Part shown: positions 36,691 through 51,300 of the stretch, piece by piece
Layout: each line of letters opens with the position of its first letter
Numbering within the stretch: position 1 is the stretch's first letter
NCBI RefSeq assembly: GCF_009914755.1
Contig: NC_060938.1
Strand: one strand, 5' to 3'
From: the human T2T-CHM13v2.0 reference genome, Homo sapiens
Length of the DNA: 64,000 nucleotides
The notes under the pieces: model-generated
Database searches by the model: none
The model's input: only the letters and a program-made list of their open reading frames with translations
Told to the model about the DNA's origin: nothing
Translations under genes and position numbers: made by a program

Positions 36691-39600
36691 CAGTATGGCA
36701 GGGGTTAATACTATCTTGATTCTTTGCTTTAAACTGGAGATACTGTAATTTAATAATCGTTTGATATGCCAAAATGACTACAAACACTGTTCAAATCAGC
36801 GTTTTACACACATTCTATAGCAATGTAATACTTTTCCTCTTTAAAGTATTGAAGGATGAAATTTTCTTCAAATTATACAATACTACTTAAAGTGTTAAAT
36901 TCCAATAAAGGAGAAAAAAAAGGCAGCAAACTATTGCCAGAAGAGCCCTGGATTGAGCAACAGGGAAACAAAAGTTCTAGTCCTTGTTGTGTTGCTAATT
37001 AGCTTCCTGCCTCCACCCCCACACGGACACATACACCCACCCAAAATATTGTCCTTATTAGTCTGTAACCCTGGCTAAATTACAATATTACAGATTCATT
37101 CCTTCAGGTTAACTCTCTTTCTGAGATGTGACTAGCCCTGGTGACGTACTACTTGTCAGAGTATTGATTATTTGCCCTGTTTTGAGATTTTAATTCCTCT
37201 TAATCAGGAACATTGCCCTGACAAGATAGGAGTTGTCATGGTTCAACAGGGAGCCAGGAATAGAAAGCAATGTTATTCTGGAGGCTGAAAGGCTGTGAGA
37301 GGTATGTGTGGTGAGGGACCACAGCTGACAGAAACAGGCTATGGGGAGTAGCTTGGGTATCTCAGGTGACAGAGAGTGGTGAGAGGGGAAGCTGAGAGGA
37401 GGAAGATGGTCCTGTGGAGGGAATGTGGGTAGAGCCTCCTCTACTTGAAGTTTTCCCAGCGCTGGTGCTGGGCGCAGCCAAGGATTCTAAAAGAAGGCCT
37501 TCCTCTGGGGATCAGGAAGGGAGAGGGAATATGAAAAGAGTCTGCCCTCTTGACATTGACCCAGAGTCTCCACGAGTCATTGGAAAAGATGCATGAGAAG
37601 CTGCATCTAAGGGCATGCAAACATATACACACAACACCATAAAAGGAGAAAGCTTTTTAGGCTTTCTTCAACTCATCAGGCTTGTGAATTTCTTTAATAA
37701 AAATCTCGGAACATCATGGCTCTACCAAACCTTTGCCTATTCGTCATTGCCACAGTGATACTGACTTTTGAATTCCAGTACCAGGGGAAAAAGATGTGTG
37801 TGTGGTGGGGGGAGGAGGGAAATAGTATCACCTTTTATGTAAATTCTTACTTGCTCATACAAATACTTTCTTTTTTTTTGTTTTATGGGGGTGTGGGTGG
37901 AAAAGTTTCAGTGTTTTTGCTGATTATAGAAGCAGTGAATGCTTACTCTAAAAAAAAAAATCAATGACACAAAGAAGAGAAATTCTGTCACCCTACCACA
38001 TTGTAGTGTGTCTCTTCCAGATTTTTTTTCAAATTGGATCACACTGTTCTGCAATTGGCATTTTAACTTAACATATACAATAACTGTAGCATTCCATCTC
38101 ATCTATTACTGTCCATAGTATTCCATTATATGTATGTACCATAATTTATTCAACAAACCAAGCTGATAAACATTTAGGTCATGATAATTTTTTATTATAT
38201 ATCATCCTTGTATTAATTGTTCCCAATGTATCATAATTTCCTAAGGGAAGAGGAACTAAATGACACATGTATAAAATTTTACTATACATTTTCCTATTTC
38301 TACAGTTTGTTTATATCTTTTTTCATGTCTTTTGCTGGTATCCAGCTCTTTTGTAGAAACCTCTTAAATTTGTCCTTTGTTCTTTGTTCCACTTCACAAT
38401 TGGTAGAACACGGGTCAATAGGGAGCTCAAAGGTTCTCAAATTTGGGGCATCGTGTAATCTTTAGATCTTAAAGAAATCTTTCTAGGAGTAGCAGACATC
38501 AAGCTACTGGCAAATGAAAATTCTATGTGAAAAGACTACCTCAACAAAGGAGTGAAGTTCTATGTCCTCGGTGTTCTGTCATATAATTACATTTTCATTA
38601 TGATTGTTCTGGTAAAAATGAGTCAGGGAGAAAAGTGTACCGTTTTAGGCTTGATTACCTAGGATCACATGAGAGTACCTGGGAAGGAGTTGCTGAGACC
38701 AATGACTACCCTTTGAACCAAACAATATATATGAAGATCAAAGTTTGGGTGTAATCTCTTCCGGGGCCACTTGGCTGCATTTTTCTTCCTCAGCACATAT
38801 TGTTCCCTGCCAGAATTAATACATGAGAGCTGAGATTATAAGAAGCCCAACCAAGACCACGTGCATGACATCAGGGCAGATCTATTGGCACCAGTCAAAG
38901 AGCAGAGCACAACGTCCGAGCAGATTAGAACACATTACACTTAGTTCGTAGACTGCAGGCTGCACTGAGAATCGGGCCATAGTGACTATTGGAAGATCAA
39001 TAGGAGAAGAAATAAAAAGAAAGAAAGAAATAGAAAATGTGCCGAGTCAGGGCAGGAGGGTCTTTCAAATCTCCCAAACTGGGGTCATGGTCATCCATGA
39101 CAAGGTTGGGGTGTCGCTGCTGAAGAAAGCACAAATTCAACTGATGGGAACTCAATAAAATACGTGCCCAGCATCGACTGAGTCTTTTCTCTTCCTCAGC
39201 TGACCTTGTGCTTATATTCTGTGGACTTTCCACAGAATTCCTGTCAGGGACTTTCTTAAACCTCCTCCAACCCCCATTGACGCTCCAAATCTGCGCATCT
39301 TTGTGTTCTTGTTCTCTCTCTCTCTCTCCCCTTCCCCTGTTTCTCTTTTCTCTTGCTTCTTCCCTTTCCTTCCTTCATTCCCCTCATCCCAGTTGCTGGA
39401 AATCCATTGGCAAATGAGACCTATATTACTTCTTTCTTTGAATGTCTTCTCTGTTGCCTACAAACTCTCTGAAGTATTTCTTCCTTCAACTATTTTCTAA
39501 TTAAAACTGTCTTAGTATCTACTCACCTTATCACTCTTGTTTCTCAGTGAGGTTTCAAAGATTAGAAAGTGGCTAGAGTGTATGTGTATGAGTGTGTGTG

Positions 39601-39705
39601 TGAGAGAGAGAGAGAATGAATTCGTGTGTGCATAGGAACCATTGGCTTTACGCAATATAGATGGGAACTTCCCTATGACTTGAAATGGGACCTTAGGCTC
39701 TAGGG

Positions 39706-39881
39706 CAGGGTTTCTCAACCCTAGCTGCTCATTAGAATCACTAGAGCAGTTTTTAAAAATCCCCATGCTCAGACAGAATCCCACACCAATTAAATCAGAA
39801 TCTCTGGGTGTGGGACCTGGAATCATTCCTTTTTAACAGCTCCATAGCAATTCCAAGGTGCAGGCAAGTTGAAACCCTCTT
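39706..39881. mobile_element. MER5 (MER5B-like) hAT MITE
   Basis: CAGGGTTTCTCAACC start, CCAATTAAATCAGAATCTCTGGG; 8-bp TSD CTCTAGGG/CTCTAGGA. Confidence 0.9.
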
Positions 39882-40221
39882 CTCTAGGAGAAGTTAATGT
39901 ATTAGTTAACCTGCTAGAATTAATGACCTCTCACTCATTGTTATCATTATCAGGTGGGAGCCTTGATGGTTTATGCCAAAGCCCCCACCAATAGAAATGT
40001 GGCAAAATTCTGACACTGCTGGATCTGAACCAGTGGCTTTCTCAGCCCCAGGTAAAGCATCTTGCCAGCGTAAACCTAATTCTGTTAGATAACTGGATTT
40101 TACCGCCGGTGCTGTGAACAGCTCATTCCCTGCTAAAGTGGAAAAGGTCTCGTGTCACAGAAGTTACATGGAACCCTTGGGCTATCAGGGCTCTCCACTG
40201 TCCAGATTCTTGTGTCACACT

Positions 40222-40273
40222 TGTGTGTGTGCACACATGTGTGTGTGTGCTTGCGTGTATGTGTGTGTGTGTG
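40222..40273. repeat. Imperfect (TG)n microsatellite
   Basis: Direct reading. Confidence 0.9.
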
Positions 40274-40409
40274 TTTTCATGTCCTTTCTTTTCAAAGTGG
40301 TTATTACCAAATTTGACCCAAAAAAGAAAGAGGTGATGGAGTGTGGCCATATAGTCTTGTCTGTTTCTATTTGCCTTAATAATTTTTTGACGGCATCATG
40401 TCACTTAAT

Positions 40410-40620
40410 AGGCACTTATTTTCTAAGCTATATAGATATTATCTTGCTCAATTTCAACACTTCTATGAGATAAGTATCATTTCCATTCTACAGTTGAGAA
40501 AACTAAGGAGCCTGGAGATTAAACTTGCCTGAAGGCAAACAGCTAAAAAGTGATAGAACCAGAATTTGAATTCAAGTTGATCTGACTTCAAAGTCCAAGC
40601 TTTTAGACACATTATACTGA
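40410..40620 (-). mobile_element. MIR SINE
   Basis: CCATTCTACAGTTGAGAAAACTAAGG...AGAATTTGAATTCAAG. Confidence 0.82.
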
Positions 40621-40828
40621 CTGTTAGAGTATTTTTTGTGACCATCCATATGCCCTTTATCCAATAGCAAGTATTAGTAAAATGTGCTTTTTACCTTAAG
40701 GAATTCCAGATTTATTTTTACTGATCAGACCCGTAATTATGGGTCATGGATCTCCACAAATGCACAGTGGTCAAGGTTGCTAAGGTAATGCTATGCCCAA
40801 GTTGAGTGCCTAATAAATGTTTGCTGAA

Positions 40829-40876
40829 GGATGGATGGATGGATGGATGGATGGATGGATGGATGGATGAATGGAT
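40829..40876. repeat. (GGAT)10 tetranucleotide STR at an L2 3' tail
   Basis: Ten perfect GGAT units at 40829-40868, following the L2 end AATAAATGTTTGCTGAA. Confidence 0.95.
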
Positions 40877-41832
40877 AAGTCAATGCCAGAGTGGACAAAT
40901 AAATGAATGAGGTATCTAATGATAATCTACATTATCTTCCCCATTAGATTAGGCTCCTTAAAGGGAGGGGATAGGTCTTGTTAACTACTGCATCTGTGCC
41001 TAACATAGTGCCTGACACTTACCAGGTGTTCATGTAAGTATAGAAAGCAGTGGAAAAATAAATAGCAGTACAGGCCACTGGACCAAAAATTACTCTGTTG
41101 ATAGAATTTGAAGCAAATAAATTGTATCTCAATATCTTTCCATAGAGTAAGAAGGCCTAAATTCGGGAAAATAAGGATACCAAAGAGGTAGCTGAAAACT
41201 GAAAAATGTGGGAAATTCTTCATGTAGTCTCTAAAAGCAAGAATCTATACATTTCCCTATATTTGGAAAATACAAATTTTAAAATATATTTTCCAGTTTG
41301 ATTGTATTTCTCAGTGTTGTGTATGCAAAGTTTCAGGGTTATACCCACCCACACATGAGAGCTATAATCACAGTGTACTTCATGTGTAGAAAGGAAAGTG
41401 GTATTCTCTCAGCACGAAGAGCTTTGAAATCTAATAAGCACCATACCCCTCAGGGTTGAGAAGTAGAACTGTTCTGTTTGTTGTTCTCCAGAGCCACTTT
41501 CAGACATTCCTCCTCATTCCATTTTCTCATAAAAACCTCTTCTCCTTTTAGGCTTGCACTGTATGGACTACACCACGCCCCACCCACCATGGAATAACAA
41601 ATTGCCGATCTCCCTTTTGCTTCCTACTCAAATTCACTGAAGAGCCTGACTGACAGCCATCTTCTCTACATGGCTCCTGCTATTACCCTTGAATTTCATC
41701 CATTAGCCTTGCATCTCAGTTACCTACCCTCCTAATTCCTGATGATCTCCATTCCTGCACAGCTACCCATGGCCATGGTCACCCCCTTGTGCTTTTCACC
41801 CCCAAAAATTCATCACATTACAACCCAAAGGC

Positions 41833-42120
41833 ATTTTTTTGTTAAATTTATGGACCACAAGTGCAATATTGTTACATGCATAGATTGCATAGTGGTGAAG
41901 TCAGGGCCTTTAGGTATCCATCACCCAATTCACATAAATTGTACCCATTAGGGAATTTCTCATTATTCATCTTCCTCCCACTGCGTTTCTCTTCTGAGTC
42001 TCCACTGTCTATCATTCCACACTCTAAGTCCATGTGTAAACATTATTTAGCTCCCACATATGAGTGAGAGCAGGTGATATTTATTATTCTGTGTCTTACT
42101 TGTTTCACTGAAGATAATGG
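41833..42120 (-). mobile_element. L1PB 3' end (non-inverted segment)
   Basis: T-tract then GTTACATGCATAGATTGCATAGTGGTGAAGTCAGGGC, an L1PB 3'UTR. Confidence 0.88.
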
Positions 42121-42610
42121 TGGCAAGAATGTACACTGGGAAAAGAACATCCTTTTCACTAAATGGTGCTGGTAAAATTGGATTCCAGTATGTAGAAGAA
42201 TGAAATTGGACCCCCATCTCTCACCAAATAAAAAAAAATCAGCTCAAGATAGGTTAAAAACTTAAATGTAAGACCTGAAACTTTAATAATATTAGAAGAA
42301 TAACTACAGGAAACTCTTCTGGACATTAGTCTAGTCAAAGAATTCATGACTAAGACCTCAAAAGCACAGGCAACAAAAACAAAAATAGGCAGATGGGACT
42401 TACACTAAAAAGTTTAAGTTTCTTCTGCACAGCAAAAGAAATAATCAACAAAGTGAACAGACAACTTGCAGAATGGGAGAAAATATTTGAAAACTATGCA
42501 TCTGACAGGGGACTAACATCCAGAATTTACAAGGAACTCAAACAACTCAACAACAAAAAATACAAATAATTCCATTAAAAGGCAGGCAAAGGGCATGAAC
42601 AGACATTTTT
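42121..42610 (+). mobile_element. L1PB ORF2 segment (inverted relative to the adjacent 3' end)
   Basis: AAATGGTGCTGG...GAATTCATGACTAAGACCTCAAAAGCA, diagnostic of L1PB ORF2. Confidence 0.88.
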
Positions 42611-42646
42611 AAAACAAATCATAAATTCGAACATCCCATTTGTCAT

Positions 42647-43018
42647 TGTAATAGTCTGTCTTCATGCTGCTGATAAAGACATACCCGAGACTGGGTAATT
42701 TATGAAGAAAAAGAAGTTTAATGGACTCACAGTTCCACAAGGCTGGGGAGGCCTCACAATCACAGTGGAAGGCAAAGAGGAGCAGTCACGTCTCACATGG
42801 CAGCAGGCAAGAGAGAATAATGAGAGCCAAGCGAAAGGGTAAATCCCTTATAAAATCATGAGATCTTGTAAGAGTTATTCACTACCAGGAGAACAGTGTG
42901 GGGGAAACCACCCCCATGATTCAATGATCTCCCACAGGGTCCCTCCCACAACATGTGGGAATTATGGGAGCTACAATTCAAGATGAAATTTGGGTGTGGA
43001 CACAGCCAAACCATATCA
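42647..43018 (-). mobile_element. THE1B-like solo LTR (MaLR)
   Basis: CATGCTGCTGATAAAGACATACCCGAGACTGGG...ACACAGCCAAACCATATCA; perfect 5-bp TSD GTCAT. Confidence 0.95.
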
Positions 43019-43066
43019 GTCATCCATTATCTCTTCCTTCCAGCTTTCCTGCTTAGCTTCATTAGA

Positions 43067-43375
43067 TTTTTTTTTCTTTTTTTGAGAGAGGGTCTCACTT
43101 TGTTGCCCAGGGTAGAGTGCAGTAATGTCATCATGGCTCACTGCAATCTGCAATCTCGAACTCCTGGGCTCCAGCTATCCTCCCCACTCAGCCTCACAAG
43201 CAACAGGTGCATGCCATCATGCCTAGCTAATTTTTTTTTTTTTTTTTTTTGGGGGGTAGAGATGGAGGTATTGCTATAATTCTCAAGCTGGTTTTAAACT
43301 CCTGAGCTCAAATGATCTTCCTGCCTCAGCCTCCCAAAGTGATAGGATTACAGGCATGAGCCACTGTGCCTGGGT
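43067..43375 (-). mobile_element. AluJ
   Basis: Antisense diverged dimer. Confidence 0.92.
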
Positions 43376-43832
43376 CAGGCTTTTTGATCTATGATCCTTT
43401 CCACATTTTTGCCATCATGCCCTTTTGCCTTCCCTTCTCCCACACCAGCTTAGATTCCTGAGCCCATCATTACAATCATCCTATCGCAAATATGCTAGGC
43501 TTAATTGGCTTTTTCTCCTTTCATAGCATCTGCCTACAGAACCCCCAGTCCTCCCCTGTGTCAATGCCTAAGCAGCTGAGCGTGGCCGTAAAAATCACAA
43601 AACCAATCCAGATTTGTATCACAATAAAATCTTAATTATAGATATCAGCAGGTGGTCTACATAGCCCAGCAATCTTACCTTTGTTCTCTAGAAAGCTTGA
43701 GCTCCCATTCTCTGCCACTGCTGTTTCTCTGACTCACTCTCAGAAGACTACCTATTGCAGATATTGTAGAATTGTCTTTGTTTACAGAATCCTAATTTTA
43801 TTTGAGTGATGCAGAATGAAGTTTGGGCTAAA

Positions 43833-44760
<928 letters not shown>

Positions 44761-45937
44761 TCAGTAAGGATCATCTCGATGTGGCAGGGAGAGCTCATGT
44801 ATGAGTTAATCTGACTACGTGTTCTGTAAGTCCAGTAATGCATTTTATGTGCTTTGTTCACCTAGATATGCTCAATGACCAGAGAATCTACATCTAAACC
44901 CTTAAGCTCAGCATTACCCTCTGCACTTTTAAGCATGTGCAGCAAAAATTCAGCAAGCTTTTTGGGCCACCAACCCCATCAGCCCCACTGCTTGGCCTGG
45001 GCACACCCAACAACTCCCCCCCTGAAATGTCGGAATGGTACACCCTGCTTCTGTAAAGTGACGTCTTTCAGATACTTGGGGCTTTTTGTATATGCATACC
45101 CCTGATGGCCTGGGCAGTTTCATGAGTGTTCTGAAAGTGAACACAAAGATTTGAACCTCTTGATTTGCATAATTTTGTGGGATTTTCTGGGTCAAGTGAA
45201 TAGTGAACTATTTTCACAGATCACCTCAGGTCACTTAGGGGAAGAGCAGTCTCATCATCTTTAACTTCTTAGCAGTACTTGACACTGTCAACTACTAACC
45301 AATTATCAAATCACTCTCTTCCTTTGGCCCCTATGAGACCATGCACTCTAAGTTTCCTACCACCCCTGTGGCCTCAGACTCCTGTCCTGATCCCTTCTTC
45401 TCAAGCCACTTCTGAATGTTGGGGCTCCTCAGGGCTCTGTCCTGAGCTCAATCTGTTCCTCGTGCTCTGTTTTGTCATTCCAGGATGATCACATTTACAT
45501 AGGCTGCTGATTCAAATATATATCTCTAATCTAGTCTCCTTGCAGAGCTCCAGGTTTGCGTAGCTAATTGATAACTTGAATTCTCTATTTGGAGGTCTCA
45601 GAGACATCTCAGATTTAAGATTTACAAAACCAAATTCTTAATCCTTGCCTGCTCAAATGTGCTTTCCTTTGGTCTTCTACATCAATAAATAAGATCTTCA
45701 CCTACTTAGATGCTCTAGCATGAATACTGGGTGTGTCATCCTTGATATAGCCCTTACCTTCAACCTCACCTCCCTCCTTCAACCCTACCTTCAATCCTAA
45801 CTAAGCCATCACTGAGTCTCATAGATGTATCTCTCTAAAATATTCCCTGTAATCCACTTATCTTTGTTTCCACTGTCACCACAATCCAAGCCATCAGACT
45901 TTTACAATAGCTTCTTAACTGGTTTTCCTCCATGCTT

Positions 45938-46244
45938 TTTCTTTCTTTCTTTCTTTTTTTTTTGACAGGGTCTTGCTCTGTCAACCAGGTTGGAATATAG
46001 TGGCATGATCATAAATCACCGTAACCTCAAACTTCTGGACTCAAACAATCCTCCTGCCTCAGCGTCTGGAGTAGAGGGGACTACAGGTGCATGCCACCAC
46101 ACCCAGGTAATATTTTAATTTTTTTGGAGAGACAGGGTCTCACTATGTTGACCAGGCTGGTCTTGAACACCCAGGCTCAAGTGATCCTCCCACCTCAGCC
46201 TCCCAAAGTGCTGGGATTACAGGCAGAAGCCACTGTGCCTGGCC
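45938..46244 (-). mobile_element. AluJ
   Basis: Antisense dimer, GGCTCAAGTGATCCTCCCACCTCAGCC. Confidence 0.94.
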
Positions 46245-46731
46245 CCTTGATCCTTTTTCTAATCCATTCTTCACATAGGAACCAGGGCAATGGTTAAAAA
46301 GATAAATTTGATTGTGTTATTTCCCAGCTTAAAACCCCTCGATGACTACCCACTGCACTTAGATAAATAAAAATCCTCCATCCTCAATATTGCCTACAAA
46401 ACATTGCACAATTTATCCCTACTATCCCAATCTTATGACATGTCTCTCTCCTTGGCTATGGCCCTACCACGTTAGCCTTCTTCAGTTCCTGGAGGGTGCC
46501 AAGGTTTTGCTTACTCAAAGCCTGCTCAGTGTCCAATACTCTTTACCAGGCTTTACCCTCTAGTCTAAATGTAAGTGTCATTTCCTCAAAAGTCCTTTTC
46601 TAACCTCCCAATCCAAGTCATGCTCCATTTTGATACACAATGTTTATCATTAGCCATACACATTTCCCTACTTATTTGCTATTTCGAACAGTGCTGCTAT
46701 AAACATTTTATGTATGTGTGAGTTTCTGGGG

Positions 46732-46970
46732 CAGTGCTTTTCAAACTGTGGGTCCCAATTTGCTGGTGAACTAGTAATATCAATTTTTAAGAAAACAAGA
46801 AGGAAAAAAGAAATTGAAGAAGATAGAATAAAAATACTAGAGCTATTGCATGTAACAAGCATTAGCTTTGTTTTATGACATTTTTATTTCAGGGTGTGTG
46901 TGTATTGGATCACAAGGTAAAATGGATTTATTACTGCAGGTCAAAGTAGAAGAAGGTTGGAAAGCCACTA
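46732..46970. mobile_element. hAT MITE (Charlie18a-like)
   Basis: CAGTGCTTTTCAAACTGTGGGTC...GGTTGGAAAGCCACT inverted termini; related copy at ~59855. Confidence 0.65.
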
Positions 46971-49004
46971 ATTCAGGGTATATTTTAGGAATGGATATCT
47001 TGGGTCATGGCCTTTGATTATAATTTCAAACACAAATATAGAAAATTAGAAGATTCAGAGAATACATTATATATTTATACATACATATATTGCACTTTGC
47101 TCTTGGTTTACTCATGCTAGTTTCCATAAACTTTTGCTCACAGTAAACGTACTTTTTTAAGGGGAAAATTCTTAGAGTAAATTATCTTACATATATTTTC
47201 TAAGGGGTGAGTTATTTATGTAGAAATCAGTGTTGTTTAAGCACACAGAGCAGTGACAGAAACCAGGAGGTCTTAAGTTTTTGGATGCATTCTCTTTTCA
47301 TAACTTTCTACATCACCAATTTACATTACAGCTAGAAATAAATCCTCCATGTTTATTTAAACACTAAAAGTGCAGAACACATTTATTTTATTGTATAAAA
47401 CTCTACTGGAAAAATCCTGGCTGCTTAGGATAGTAATCCCCAATCCATGGACAAAATACCATCTCCATGTGCTGTTTTCTATTCTTGTGCCATTCGGTGC
47501 TGCCCTTTAACCTACCTTTACTGCACAGCAAAGATCTGTAACAGAGCCAATCCTACCCAGCCAGAGCAGACAGCTGCCTCTGTGTAGATCTTGAAAGGAA
47601 CTGCAGGGCAATCTACGCAGAAGCATCTCCCTACTGCCTGACTTTTCACCATTAGAGTGACTTGTTTGATATCAACCAGATGACCCTTGTTAAAATACAA
47701 ATATCTTAGGTAAAAGGAGGAAGTCACATTTTTAAACTATCATCCATTAGCTAGTGAATTGGTTTATTGGATTAGTTTTAAAACCAGGATCAGGATCTTG
47801 AATGAGTGAGATGAAAATAATTGACATGCTAGGCCAAAGAAAACCAAGAGGCAACAACGGCACCTTTAGTGAGAGGGCAATCTGAGTTTCCCTGCTGAAA
47901 CTGAAGAAAGAAGAACTAGAGATAAACTCTCCCTGCTTTGCAGTTTGCCCTGCCTGTAAATACTAACTCTGTTATGATGGCGCCATCTTGGAAGCACCAT
48001 GAATCACAGCAGTCAACATTTCAGCTCTGTTCTATCCAACCTCATTCACATTCTCCATCCATTGTGAGGCATCAGGCATTGCTCCATTCTTGCATTCAAA
48101 TACAGCTACTCAGAGTCAATGTTTGGAACACAGAAACCATCCAGGTTTGGATACCCATCTGGTTTATGTGTCGCCCTTTTATTTCTATTTTAATTATATT
48201 TAGGACTGTCCTGATCCTTCTTTTAGCCAGTTTTGTTTTTTCAATCAACTCCAAATAGAGACTCCTCTTGAGCAAAACCAGTACTGCCCTGTAGCTTAAG
48301 CCAGAAATGAAAAGAGGAATGCTGGATTTAAAAAGCAATAAAAGAAAACAAATCCAGACAGGGAACAGGTCTGTTTCTTGGGACACATCAACCTTACACC
48401 ACATTGTCAAAGTCACTTTTTATTGAAGAAGATAAACAGCAAATTTTTTTTTAGATGAAATCCCTCCATGGCTGATGTAAGAAAGAGGTCTTTTGGTAAA
48501 AATAGCAGTAATGACAACTTTAGATTGCCATTTAGATTTAGGTCCAGGTTTAGATTGCTGTGCCAAGATTCAGTTGTAGGGGTGAGTTATGAACAGGCCA
48601 GCTGCTCATGTATTCAAGTGGATTTTGCTCCCAGAAGCCCAGGGGCTCTGCATTTGGGGGCAGGCTGAAGACAGGCAGAGTTCCTCGCCTTCAGAGCCTG
48701 GAACTTCTACTTCCCCGTCACTTACTCTCTGGCTAAGCTTTGATTAAACTCATTCACAGTGAGGTGTAAATGACAAAGGAGGTTCCTTGTTTGGTGTTAA
48801 GCCTCCTCCCACTAGAAATTCATAATGCACATTAGCATATTAAGATGTTGAGAAGTTCTACTGAGAAGAAACCTGTCTAATTTTGTTTTGCCCGAAGTGT
48901 CCAATTTGACCATGTACCTCTTTTTGACTTCAGAATAACTACTAATATTTTGGGGAGCACTAGCATTGTGACAACTGTACTCCTTTCAGTTAAATGATTG
49001 CATT

Positions 49005-49400
49005 TCTCATCCATTCCTTCTTTCAACAAATAGCTACTGAGACCTAGTATGTACCAGGCACTGGTGAGTAAAACAGGCACCTTCATGGAGTTTACATTGT
49101 TTAATGTTTGTCTCATCCATGGTTTGTTGTTTAATTAATTAACAAACATCTTTAAAATAATCGCACAAGTGAGAACAAAGCTGAGCCAGGGGAGCCCTTA
49201 AAGGTTCTCTTCAAGGTAACTGAGGAGACCTGGAAGCTGGTGCTAACTGGATGAACAGAGTGGAGGCCTGAAGGGAACAGCGTTCTAGGAAGAGGGAACA
49301 GCAGTGACAAAGATCATGGTGGTATTCAAGGAAGCAGAGTGCGGGTACCATTCCTGTTTGAGGCTAAAGAGGTGCATAAAAGCCAGATCATGTCAGAAAA
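49005..49400 (-). mobile_element. L2 3' fragment
   Basis: TTCAACAAATAGCTACTGAGACCTAGTATGTACCAGGCACTG; TTCTAGGAAGAGGGAACAGC. Confidence 0.78.
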
Positions 49401-49459
49401 TTGTCGGGGAAAGATTTCTTTTGGCCCAAGGGTCCTTTCTCAGTGCAGCTGAAATCGCA

Positions 49460-49660
49460 GCACCTCTGTGTGTTGGGCACTTGCCAGGTCCCAGGTAGGG
49501 GCTGTGTCAGGTCACCACACAGACAGGCATTAGTGCCTTTGTTTTTCAGAGGAGGAAACAAAGGTCAGAGAAGCACGTGGCCTGCCAAGACCATCAAGCT
49601 CCTTGGGGGCAGAGTCAGAATTTAAATCCAAGTCCGTCTGAGTCCAAAGCCATGTGCCAA
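49460..49660 (-). mobile_element. MIR SINE
   Basis: TTTTCAGAGGAGGAAACAAAGGTCAGAGA...GGCAGAGTCAGAATTTAAATCCAAGTC. Confidence 0.75.
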
Positions 49661-50357
49661 ACTAACAAGCTGCTGAAGACTGCTGTCTGACATTACTGAC
49701 TCCCTCCCCAAAGCTGGCGCTTCTGTGAGATTCCAGACTCTGGTGGAGGGTGTAGCAGGGAAATGACAAATGCAAGTGTAATGTTTCGTGTCAGAAAGTA
49801 TAGCAGTGGACCAAAAGGTAGCCATTCTGAGTACCAAGTGTGGACACAATTTTCCTTTTCATGCTTTGAACTAGCCTGTTGTCCTAAGCACAGCAGGGAA
49901 AGCCAAAGCAGCCTTTGGAAGTCCTGGTTTCCTGGGGCTCTGAGTCCTGAGATGTGGTAGTGGATTTTAGATATCCCAGGAGCACAAGCCTGTGGCCCCC
50001 ATGGGCCTCTGTGCCAGCACCCCAGACCCCAGACTCCTGAGAAGTTCCGGGACCCCCAGGGAGATGGGTTGGTGATACCAGTGAGGCCTGAGAAATTCAC
50101 AGCTGCCAAAGAGTACTTGAGCTGGAGGTTGGAAGCCGGGGAGTTGGTTTCAAGGCCTTTTAGAAGCTCTTAGAGTCTGGCATCCTGTTTCATGTGCAGA
50201 GTGAAAGCGTGTCCTCAAAAAGCCCTGGATCTGCCCTACTTCCTCTCTGGACTTTCTTGAATATAGAGTGGCAGACAGGGCTAGAACCCCATTCTCCTGA
50301 CATTCTCTATACCATACACTTACATGTGTGTATGTACATGTCATACATACAGGCATG

Positions 50358-50370
50358 CACACACACACAC

Positions 50371-50410
<40 letters not shown>
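50358..50410. repeat. (CA)n microsatellite
   Basis: Direct reading; one AAAA interruption. Confidence 0.95.
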
Positions 50411-50412
<2 letters not shown>

Positions 50413-50679
50413 TCTTTCCATCTCCACACAAAACTTACTATAACTTGTGTCTGCATTTCAGAAATCCTGGAGTCTCTTACATCTGATAACGGTTCGGGGT
50501 CGCTATGTCCCAGTGAACTGTCATCTGGGGGGATGAAATAGCTCCCAGGGTACACTCTCAGTCTAACCAAGTGGATATTCACTGGCCTACACTGAGAGAC
50601 TCCGAGGGGGACAACTACTCTCGGTAGGTCCTCCCTGCCCTTCAGAACATCACTGTCTCCAAAACAATCCCTTTGTAGG

Positions 50680-50895
50680 GCACAGGCTTTTGAGCACACA
50701 TATACCTGAATTTGATTCATGGCCTTGCTGTATGACCCTGGCAAGACTTTCAGCCTCAGTTTCCACATCTACAAGATGAAGATCTAATTCCCTCTTCATG
50801 GGGTTGTTGCAGCAACTAAATAAGCTCTTATAAGTAAAGCAGTTCACACAGTGCTGGGCACATGGTAAACTCTCAGTAAATAATAGCAGTTATTT
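50680..50895 (+). mobile_element. MIR SINE
   Basis: GCCTCAGTTTCCACATCTACAAGATGAAG...CACAGTGCTGGGCACATGGTAA. Confidence 0.85.
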
Positions 50896-51169
50896 CTATA
50901 TAGATTGCCCAGCAGAACTCAAGGGCTCAAGGTACATAAGCAGGTGGGACTAGCGGGAAAACCTGCAGCAGTGTAATCTCTGGCTCTGGCCACCCCACCC
51001 CTTCCCACCCTGATCTTCAATCAAATCTAAGGGTCCTCGAATAAACTGACAAGTGGCCTAGGCTCTCTGCCATCTCCTTGGGCCAGGGCATATCTACAGG
51101 ATTGAGGACACATAGGGTAGTAGATCAGGAATTACCTTCGCGGTAGTCCTTTCTTCATCTTTTCTTGGC

Positions 51170-51300
51170 TGTTTGATCTTAGGCAAATCATTTACACTCT
51201 GCATCTCACTTTTCTCATTTGTAAAATGAGAATAGTAATGACATTCTCCCTACAGGAAATTTGTGCAGATTAATGAGATAATGTAGAAAGGGTGCTTAGG
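51170..51300 (+). mobile_element. MIR fragment
   Basis: TTTCTCATTTGTAAAATGAGAATAGTAAT. Confidence 0.75.

Noticed and set aside
50150-50768. 93-153-aa ORFs with CV/HT repeats
   Set aside because: They are read-through of the (CA)n microsatellite and a MIR.
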